64,000 nt of DNA, from IMG/VR virus record IMGVR_UViG_3300028840_008185, positions 248,001 to 312,000 of that record. One strand, given 5' to 3'. The notes beneath the pieces are model-generated. The model was not told where the DNA came from. It was given only the letters and a program-made list of their open reading frames with translations, and did no database searches. The position numbers were made by a program, and so were the translations under genes. This document shows positions 17,415 to 25,114 of the stretch, piece after piece. Each line of letters begins with the position of its first letter. Position 1 is the stretch's first letter.

Positions 17415-19691
17415 TCACCTCCTAGCCCCTTTAAACATGGCATTATAGATGTGATTTATTGTAAACTCGTTGCCTTTCTTTTCCATAGCTTTTGCAAAGT
17501 TCTTGCTATTGGCAGAGAACTGTTCCCAGAGGCCCTTGTCTTCTTTCATCTTTCTGATTGCTTTGGCAAATAGAAGATAAGCATTTGGGTTCCAAACTAA
17601 AGAGCCATTAACCCCGTCGCTCACTACCTCTGATACAGCCCCAACATCTGAAGCTATTACTGGAGTGCCGCAAGTCATGGCTTCGAGAATGACGAGGGGC
17701 AATCCTTCCATATTTGATGGAAGTATTAGAGCATCAAAAGCCGCATAGAACTTCTCAACATCCTGTCTGTGCCCAACAAAGTATACATTTTTGAACTGCG
17801 CCGCTGCCTGTTTCAACGCGGCACCTTGTGGGCCATCTCCTACAAGCACGAAAGCCGCATCGGTGACTACCTGGGCGCACTTAAGTATCACTGCCAAATT
17901 CTTTTCTGGCGAAAGTCTGCCCACATAACCAACGACAAAATCTTCTTTCACGTCAAGATCTTTTAGTATTTCTTTTGAACGAGGAATCTTGAAACGATCC
18001 CAATCCACTTGTTGCGGGAGAACCGCCACGTTTTTATTTCCGTCTTTCAGGAGCTTTCTACCCATATGTCCGGAAACAGAGATGAGTGTAGCTACTAGCT
18101 TGTCTCTCGCCGCAACCTTGCACATAGAATCTTGCCACATAAGCTCGCTGTGAACAGTCTCGATTACGCGACACCTGAAGCCTTGCTGCCATGCCTGCCG
18201 CAACACGTTGTATACTCCAAAGCTATTGTAGAAATGGACTATACTGTAATTGTAGGATTCTACGAAGCACTTTAGGGCGTATCCTTTGCCCTGTCCCGAC
18301 AGATCTTGATATATAGCTCCAGTATCCTTGAATAGTTTATCTAATTCTTCACTAATGCCGGATATAAAAGCTATATGTGGCTCATAAATGCTTTTATCTA
18401 ATTTGTCAATTGTGTGCTTGATCCAAACTTCTCCTCCGCCGGCCATTTTGTATGGGACAATGTAAAGAACCTTTCTTTTGTCATTTATTCTACTACTCTT
18501 TTTGGGAATAGGTAAATCTAAAATCATCTGGGCAGCATTTTCCCAAGAGAACTCTTCAGTTGTCTTTTTCGCCGCCTCTTGGATTCTGGCCTTTTCTACG
18601 TCCGCGTTTTCATAGACCCGGCGCATCAATTCGGCACAGTGCCTCGTGTCTGGGTCGCCCACCACCGCATCTTTGTTGTGAACCCAATACTGCATGGAAG
18701 CAGGTGCTTGCATTTCACCCGTATTTATTAGTAGAGAGTTGTCATCATTGAGAAATTCAAGCTGGCCACCGTGACGTGGCGCAATAACAAGCATCCCGCA
18801 GGCCAAAGCCTCTAATCCTGGGAGCCAGAAGCCTTCGCAGGAACTCATGCTCACGACCGCATCACAGGCAGTATAAAGCGATCCAATGTCGGGAATATAT
18901 GTGTTGATAATCTCCACTTCTGGAGGGTTCTTTCTGCCCTTAAATGCCCGTTCTAACACGCTTTCTACGTCTACCTCAAACGGTTTGTCTGCATCGGGTT
19001 GCTTAAATTTTGTTTTCATCACAAGGCAGACATCATCATCGCCAGAAAAGGCGCTCAGATAAGCTTCTAGGACCCTCTCATGCAGCTTTCTGTGGTGAGG
19101 TATGGCGTTGTGTAAAAATTTCACTTTCTTTTCTGTTCGCAGCTTGAACGGAGTAATTTCTGGGTTGAACATATTGGTGTCTACGCCATGAGGCACTACC
19201 AACATCTTGCTCTCGGGTATGCCATTCTTGGCGAAAATATCATAGGAATATTGACTGGATGGAAGCACATAGTCAATTGCATGATGGTAGAGATGCCAGC
19301 CCGGAGGTAGAATAGAACTCTCAAAGTTCCATATTCCTGCGCGAGCTAGGGATTGTGGGAAAAAGCGCCTTGGAAATTGATAGAAAATTGTGTAAGCGAT
19401 CTCAAGGTCATACGGAAAGTTCTTGTCCGCCACTTCTGGCAACTTGTTTTGGGGAGTGGCTTTTATCTGCTTGCCATCTTCCATTAGGTAATCCACTGGA
19501 CCTTGGCTAAGTGAGCCGTGGTAACCAGGGACCAAGTATGGACGAAGATCGTCAGGAAAGTGTTCAAGATTGTTGGTGGACCTCATGTGAATTTCATGGC
19601 CCCCGATGTTCACCATCGCTCGGGCCAGATATTGCGAGACAAAGCTCCATGAGTGCTGAGTCCCTAGCATTGTATGCCATCTAACTTTCAT
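17415..19691 (-). CDS. Tandem double GT4 (GT-B) glycosyltransferase
   Basis: Domain 1: VVPHGVD, HHRK, EGFWLPGLEALACG. Domain 2: GGGE, VGRLSPEKN, EGLPLVILEAMTCGTPVIASDVG. Confidence 0.93.
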   Translation of the reverse strand: MKVRWHTMLGTQHSWSFVSQYLARAMVNIGGHEIHMRSTNNLEHFPDDLRPYLVPGYHGSLSQGPVDYLMEDGKQIKATPQNKLPEVADKNFPYDLEIAYTIFYQFPRRFFPQSLARAGIWNFESSILPPGWHLYHHAIDYVLPSSQYSYDIFAKNGIPESKMLVVPHGVDTNMFNPEITPFKLRTEKKVKFLHNAIPHHRKLHERVLEAYLSAFSGDDDVCLVMKTKFKQPDADKPFEVDVESVLERAFKGRKNPPEVEIINTYIPDIGSLYTACDAVVSMSSCEGFWLPGLEALACGMLVIAPRHGGQLEFLNDDNSLLINTGEMQAPASMQYWVHNKDAVVGDPDTRHCAELMRRVYENADVEKARIQEAAKKTTEEFSWENAAQMILDLPIPKKSSRINDKRKVLYIVPYKMAGGGEVWIKHTIDKLDKSIYEPHIAFISGISEELDKLFKDTGAIYQDLSGQGKGYALKCFVESYNYSIVHFYNSFGVYNVLRQAWQQGFRCRVIETVHSELMWQDSMCKVAARDKLVATLISVSGHMGRKLLKDGNKNVAVLPQQVDWDRFKIPRSKEILKDLDVKEDFVVGYVGRLSPEKNLAVILKCAQVVTDAAFVLVGDGPQGAALKQAAAQFKNVYFVGHRQDVEKFYAAFDALILPSNMEGLPLVILEAMTCGTPVIASDVGAVSEVVSDGVNGSLVWNPNAYLLFAKAIRKMKEDKGLWEQFSANSKNFAKAMEKKGNEFTINHIYNAMFKGARR

Positions 19692-19692
19692 A

Positions 19693-19881
19693 TTACTCGT
19701 CTCCCTTGACTACGACTGGTGGCTGCTGTTGGCGCTGCTTATGCTCCTTGAAAAGATTGGCAATCAACTCCCTAAGAACTCCCGTCACTGTTTTGTAATT
19801 CTCTTTCGCATATTGCGACAAGAATTCATATAGTTCGGGCTCCAGACGAATATTGATTTGCCTTCGTTTTTCTGTGCTCAT
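19693..19881 (-). CDS. Ribbon-helix-helix (Arc/CopG-like) DNA-binding protein
   Basis: QINIRLEPELYEFLSQYAKENYKTVTGVLRELI has the alternating beta-strand plus two-helix RHH pattern; GAGGAG RBS; first gene after a terminator. Confidence 0.8.
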   Translation of the reverse strand: MSTEKRRQINIRLEPELYEFLSQYAKENYKTVTGVLRELIANLFKEHKQRQQQPPVVVKGDE

Positions 19882-19929
19882 AGTTGCTCCTCACTAGATA
19901 AATATTACCTTTCAAAACTAATGATGATA

Positions 19930-19951
19930 TATTGATAGATTTTGATAGATT
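19930..19951 (-). promoter_or_regulatory. Candidate promoter/operator: tandem ATCTATCAA copies including the CTATCAATA motif
   Basis: Coding strand reads aaaATCTATCAAaATCTATCAATA, ending about 49 nt upstream of the RHH start. The same motif occurs twice at 54585-54657. Confidence 0.5.
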
Positions 19952-19969
19952 TTTTCTAACTTTTTGCAA

Positions 19970-19998
19970 GAAAAAAGGGAGGCTGTGAGCCTCCCTTT
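19970..19998 (-). terminator. Rho-independent terminator ending the structural module
   Basis: Minus strand AAAGGGAGGCT-CAC-AGCCTCCCTTTTTT, about 20 nt after the stop at 20018. Confidence 0.85.
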
Positions 19999-20017
19999 AA
20001 TTCTGTGTTTTTTCTTT

Positions 20018-21802
20018 TTATGTCCACGTATTGAAATCAAATGGCGCAAATAAAGTGCTTGGAGCCACCGTTCCATATAGATTGCCAGGAACTCCCGCAC
20101 CAACATCTCCTATGGGAATGCCACCCAAAGAGTTTAACGTATTGTTAGCAACGACGCATATATTACAGCCTATCAGCCCGACAAGTGGGCCAGTACCCCC
20201 TCCAGATATTTCATCAACCATATTGCTATTTATTGTGGCATTGGTTGCAATGATCACAAATATTATGCCCACAGTGGGGGCGATGGGGTTCAAATCATTT
20301 ACAAGAAAATTATTGCCGTTTATCTGTATGTTATATATTCCAGGACCCAATGATGGAGCCGCTAATATCGCACTGCCAATTGCCGCTACACCTTGGAACT
20401 TGAAGCTGTTATCTAACACTCGTGTTCTATGTGAATCCGACAGGGCTATTACGGCGTCCCAGTTCCCTCCGGTAAATGTGCATCCATGGATAAGAGAACC
20501 TTCTTGCACGTTACCAACCATGTATTTAGAATCTCCTGAGTTCCAGTTTGTGCTTGAAAAGCCTTGAATAGTAACGTTTTCTAATTCCGTAATTCCAAAT
20601 GGGGTGGCGGGCTCAAGAGCCCCTTGTCCTCTATCACCAACTATAACTATATTCATCGTGCCAGCAGGTGCGTAGCCGTCCGTGGGAGATGATATCATAG
20701 CATTAATCAATTTAACTCTACCCTCACTCACAGTATATGCCGGGTCAGCAGCTGGTCTACCAGAAAGCTGTATAACTGGATAGTCTGTGCTCAGGGTAAA
20801 TCCATCTCTGATAGATGTTGGGATCCAGCCGCCATACATAAAAAGCCCATCGATAACGGCGTCAGCCGAAGAGATTAATATTGGACTATTACCATCGCCA
20901 TAACCAAGAACATTCTCGTTCATATTTATGCGAAGATTTTTAATTCTGAGAATATCCATTTCAGTACGTATAAAACTAGTATTTATTATCCCAGGTCCAT
21001 AAGTATACATATACAACCCATTAGCCTCAACCCTATCACCTCCAAAATCAATAACCGGAATGTTCGCTTTATATGGCTCACATCTCACAGCGCAGTCGTG
21101 TATTTTAAGGCCCGAGCTAGCTCCAGTGCTTCTAATTGCCTGACTGCCGTAGCCATCCAAAAAGAGACAATAGTTTACTAGACACCCAAAACCACTGTGT
21201 TCTAATAAAGTTGTGCCTTCTCCAATAGGCTCAAACTGGCATTGGGAGACTTGGGTCAAAATAGCGCCGGGGCCAGTAGATAAACAATAATCTTTATTAA
21301 CCGGAGCAAGTCTTGTTTGCTCCACTCTTGCTTTGATCCCAGCTTGTATGTAAATAGATCCTTCTATATCACATTGTTTAATTAGAAGATTGTCTGCATC
21401 GCTCACAACAGCCTCATACACGCCAGCGCCAAAATTAATAATCCGTATGTTTTGCATCAAAGACCCAAACGCATCTCCCGTAAAAGTAAACATAAAGGAA
21501 CCTACCTCATTTACTATTACAGGACGCGCTTCAACTCCAATTATCCTGACAGGCTTTGCAAACTCATGGGGAACCGTTATATTATATTCACCACCCCTCA
21601 CCAGAATGGTTCCACCTGACAATGCAACATCTAGGAGGGCCCTTTCCAAAGCATCTTGACCATTATACATTCCGCCCTCGGTGGCCACACCATCAGTGCA
21701 TGAAAGCACAGTTCGAGAATGGTGGTCGTTAGCCTCTATGCGTAAATCCAGGCTTGGGAAAGTGCCGCCACCAATACCACCTATGGGGCTAAAAACATCG
21801 CT
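20018..21802 (-). repeat. Diverged direct repeat, copy A (paralogous beta-helix coding region; copy B at 61742-63514)
   Basis: Colinear protein similarity from SD(V/I)FSP to the terminal WT; identical 52-nt stretch at 20679-20730 and 62394-62445. Confidence 0.9.
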
Positions 21803-22225
21803 TGATCTTGCAACTTCAAGTTCACCAACAGCGCTGGTAGCCAAAACACGCAATATGTTAGTGTTTTTTCTTATTGCTGCCTGCCAGCCATCAAACTCAT
21901 CTGCTTCTTCGTCGGCTGGAGGGCGTATGCCCTCATCTGTCTTGACCGCCGCAAGAACCCTACCTTTAATACGCCCATCTAGAGTCAGCTGTATCAAGTA
22001 AGTTCCAGCGACATCGGGCGTAAATGAAGCTGCGTCGGTTGTGGCACCTGCCATTACTGCCGCTGATCCAGATGGTATATATATAAACTCCCACTGAAAA
22101 GAAGTAACGCCGGTATTATCAAGATTGGTTAAGGCAACAAGAACACCGTCTACAATATCGTCCCTGCTCTCATTGGGCCCGCCGCTTACAGCGTTTTGCG
22201 TTATAACTATTTGTATACTAGGCAT
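20018..22225 (-). CDS. Fibre/spike-like virion protein: N-terminal PKD/Ig-like domain plus right-handed beta-helix
   Basis: SFQWEF..PSGS...ASFTPDVAGTYLIQLT (PKD-like), GGTILVRGGEY (beta-helix cap), Asn/Ile-rich coils; the C-terminal ~595 aa are paralogous to the gene at 61742. Confidence 0.72.
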   Translation of the reverse strand: MPSIQIVITQNAVSGGPNESRDDIVDGVLVALTNLDNTGVTSFQWEFIYIPSGSAAVMAGATTDAASFTPDVAGTYLIQLTLDGRIKGRVLAAVKTDEGIRPPADEEADEFDGWQAAIRKNTNILRVLATSAVGELEVARSSDVFSPIGGIGGGTFPSLDLRIEANDHHSRTVLSCTDGVATEGGMYNGQDALERALLDVALSGGTILVRGGEYNITVPHEFAKPVRIIGVEARPVIVNEVGSFMFTFTGDAFGSLMQNIRIINFGAGVYEAVVSDADNLLIKQCDIEGSIYIQAGIKARVEQTRLAPVNKDYCLSTGPGAILTQVSQCQFEPIGEGTTLLEHSGFGCLVNYCLFLDGYGSQAIRSTGASSGLKIHDCAVRCEPYKANIPVIDFGGDRVEANGLYMYTYGPGIINTSFIRTEMDILRIKNLRINMNENVLGYGDGNSPILISSADAVIDGLFMYGGWIPTSIRDGFTLSTDYPVIQLSGRPAADPAYTVSEGRVKLINAMISSPTDGYAPAGTMNIVIVGDRGQGALEPATPFGITELENVTIQGFSSTNWNSGDSKYMVGNVQEGSLIHGCTFTGGNWDAVIALSDSHRTRVLDNSFKFQGVAAIGSAILAAPSLGPGIYNIQINGNNFLVNDLNPIAPTVGIIFVIIATNATINSNMVDEISGGGTGPLVGLIGCNICVVANNTLNSLGGIPIGDVGAGVPGNLYGTVAPSTLFAPFDFNTWT

Positions 22226-22240
22226 TTTTCAAATCTCCTA

Positions 22241-25099
22241 TTATATTCCCAGTAAAGCTCTCATCTGGGATCTGCTTATTTCTCTGGTTGCGTTGGCGAA
22301 GCCCGCCCTCTTAAGATAAACAACAACCAATATCTTCATGCTTAGGGCTGGAAGTAAATTACCATAGCCATCGTTGTATAGATCATCAACATATATGTTG
22401 AGCAATGATGTGAGAGGATCGTAATACAACCCAACCAAATCTCTGATGGTGCTTCCAAACGTTACATTATACTCATTAGCTATTGATTGCAGCGCCGCAG
22501 AGATTTTAACCTTCCCCGAAGTGAAGTCTGAAATCTGCACGAAACTTCCATCAGCATATCTCATAGCATCTTGACCACTAGCAGTTAAACCACTGGAAGA
22601 TTCAGCCACAAAATTATCGAATAGTAGCACTCCAGAATATCCATCTAGAAACGTTGGATTTCCATATGAGTCTGTTATGGGAATGTCCAATGCTAGGTGG
22701 TTTATTTCAAGATCAACGGAGTAAAACGTTCCATCCGGATTCAAGATATTACCCGCATCAATGATCAGATTTCCCGGCACAAACCAATCATTTTGGCCAG
22801 ACGGCAAATCATCTGTAATATTTTCTGTGAAGGTTGTTGGCAAAAGCCTTCTCAAATCGAACACAATTAGATTGTCTGGAATCCAGGTTGCATAATATTC
22901 GATTTCCCAAGTTATACTTGGAAATGGCGTCGTGGTAAATCTTGAGCACGTTCCCGGAATATCGACGGTGGTAGTGAGTGGATCTAACAAACTTTCCACT
23001 TGAAGTTCCATTCTTGTGAAAGTAGAACCTGCTGGGAAAGTGCTTATAACGCCATTCACAAAATCCAATATCAGGGCCGAATCAGTAGCGTTCACTATGC
23101 CGTCCGCATTAACATCTGCCCTAAAGAATTCCGCAGCCGACATATATCCATCTATAATAAACTGCTGGCCATTGACGGTTGAAATATCGATGTTAGAGGA
23201 GCCGTATAAGGTGTTAAATGCAACGATAAGATCATTAACCGTGCTAACATCTGTCAAATTTACATCTCCATCCCCATTAACGTCTCCATAGGCATCAATG
23301 ACCTCCGTCTGACCAATTATCCTATACCTTTCCGAACAAGACGGTTCATCGGGGCTTAAAATAGAACCAACCCAATTATTTTGGGTCAGATCTGCATCAG
23401 GCACTAGCACATTGAATACATCTCCAACGGCCAACCCTGGATAAACGGTTGATCCCGTAATGCTACTAGCATTTCCTCTTGGATTCTGATCTCTTGCTCT
23501 GCCGAGAAGAACTGGGTCCGGATCGGAAGTCAACAAGGTGGTAAGAGAAGATTGATTGATTAAAGAAATCGCAGGAACGGTCGTCACTCTTGAGTATACC
23601 TGGTTTCCTGTTCTCTGATCCTGTTCTGGATCGGAAAACTCATTTGTGGCCTCTAGCAACACAAAATTATAGGTATCGCGAGTAACTGTGTAGTATGAAA
23701 GTGGCCCCTCTACATATGGAACCTCTGTGTTGGTCGCATCTGGAGCGATACGGGGCACCTCTAGGCCAAGGCCATCGTCATAACCTATTCCGTCGGAAAC
23801 CTTAACATAGCTGCCCTCGACACTGAACCACATATCGCTCGTGGTTACATTAATCCACTGCGAGCCGTCAAACACAGTCATATAGCTATTATCAGTTCTA
23901 TCGCTTGCCTCTTCTAGGAGTATATCACCTATGCTGGTGTCTCCAGATCGACCAACGGTGAACACATAATAATTTCCTGAAATTATTGGCGACCTAACCG
24001 GATCAGAGATTTCAGAACCAGTAAACACAAAATCCACTATCTGTGGAGTTCCATCTAAATGAATGCCTTGATTTATTAGATCAGCCTCATCTAATACAAG
24101 CTGAGCAATAATAGAAGGATCTGGATCAAAATCTATGGCGTCATCGGGCGTAGGAGAAACTGGGCAACTTACTTCAGTCTGGAGCGCATGCAGGGTCATA
24201 ACAATTGAACCAGACCACTCGTAGCCATCGTTCCCTGGAACTGCAGCCGAAAGTGGATCATATTCGACAGAAAGCAGAACAGAAATCTTTTGGATATTGA
24301 CGCCGCTGGCTTCAAACTTCTGGCCAATTCTGGTGGTTACGTCATCTTTAGGTATTTCCCGCTGTGTCACTGAAGCCAAACCAATGTTCAGATCAGAAAC
24401 TGATTTGTCGGGTCCAACAGCGTCTATAAGCATTTGAGAAATGCTCAGAGCCGCAGCAGGAATAAACGATCCAAAAAACTTGCTGGGTTGCCCAACTTGA
24501 GATACGACAACAGGATCCGGCGACACTTCCATAGACATAGCCTCACTAATGACACAGCGCCCGACCAAATTGTATCCATCCGCCGGGGAAGCAAGCTTCT
24601 CACTTCCATTAAGGTTTCCAGCAAAATTGTTGAAAAGAATACCCCTTATGCTTTTGTATCTGCCCCTGGTAACTTGAGTTCCGTTCTCGTTGAAGGTCAG
24701 CTCATCATGAACCAAATCACCACCAAAAGTATCTCCAATGATGGCGACTCGCGTCTGAGCCGCGCCGGCTAATCGCAAACCTGTTAGAGTGACTGCAAGC
24801 TGAACTCCCTGAACCTCATCAGAAACAGAGGTAAGGGGTGTGCCCACATATATGTTTTGACCATCAAACTGGTAACCGTCCAACAAGGTTTGCTGGGACG
24901 AGTTCAAGTCGCTACTATCAAAGATTTCTTGTCCCGTTTTAAACTCAGGAAGCACACCGCTCCCAAAGAAGTTGTTTTCGAGGGCAGCATCAATGCCTAT
25001 ATTTCTAGCCTGCTCGTCATCGAAGTCTTCCTTATCAACTTGTTGCCCGTCGTACCAATTGACCCTTTTAACATCAACGGATAATAGTTTCCTAACCAT
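22241..25099 (-). CDS. Baseplate-associated virion protein with an inserted dockerin-like domain
   Basis: N-terminal RVNWYDGQQV..EDF..EQ resembles contractile-tail peripheral/fibre-attachment proteins; paired GDVNGDGDVNLTD and ADVNADGIVNATD loops; follows the wedge genes. Confidence 0.65.
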   Translation of the reverse strand: MVRKLLSVDVKRVNWYDGQQVDKEDFDDEQARNIGIDAALENNFFGSGVLPEFKTGQEIFDSSDLNSSQQTLLDGYQFDGQNIYVGTPLTSVSDEVQGVQLAVTLTGLRLAGAAQTRVAIIGDTFGGDLVHDELTFNENGTQVTRGRYKSIRGILFNNFAGNLNGSEKLASPADGYNLVGRCVISEAMSMEVSPDPVVVSQVGQPSKFFGSFIPAAALSISQMLIDAVGPDKSVSDLNIGLASVTQREIPKDDVTTRIGQKFEASGVNIQKISVLLSVEYDPLSAAVPGNDGYEWSGSIVMTLHALQTEVSCPVSPTPDDAIDFDPDPSIIAQLVLDEADLINQGIHLDGTPQIVDFVFTGSEISDPVRSPIISGNYYVFTVGRSGDTSIGDILLEEASDRTDNSYMTVFDGSQWINVTTSDMWFSVEGSYVKVSDGIGYDDGLGLEVPRIAPDATNTEVPYVEGPLSYYTVTRDTYNFVLLEATNEFSDPEQDQRTGNQVYSRVTTVPAISLINQSSLTTLLTSDPDPVLLGRARDQNPRGNASSITGSTVYPGLAVGDVFNVLVPDADLTQNNWVGSILSPDEPSCSERYRIIGQTEVIDAYGDVNGDGDVNLTDVSTVNDLIVAFNTLYGSSNIDISTVNGQQFIIDGYMSAAEFFRADVNADGIVNATDSALILDFVNGVISTFPAGSTFTRMELQVESLLDPLTTTVDIPGTCSRFTTTPFPSITWEIEYYATWIPDNLIVFDLRRLLPTTFTENITDDLPSGQNDWFVPGNLIIDAGNILNPDGTFYSVDLEINHLALDIPITDSYGNPTFLDGYSGVLLFDNFVAESSSGLTASGQDAMRYADGSFVQISDFTSGKVKISAALQSIANEYNVTFGSTIRDLVGLYYDPLTSLLNIYVDDLYNDGYGNLLPALSMKILVVVYLKRAGFANATREISRSQMRALLGI

Positions 25100-25114
25100 A
25101 GGAATATCCTCCTA

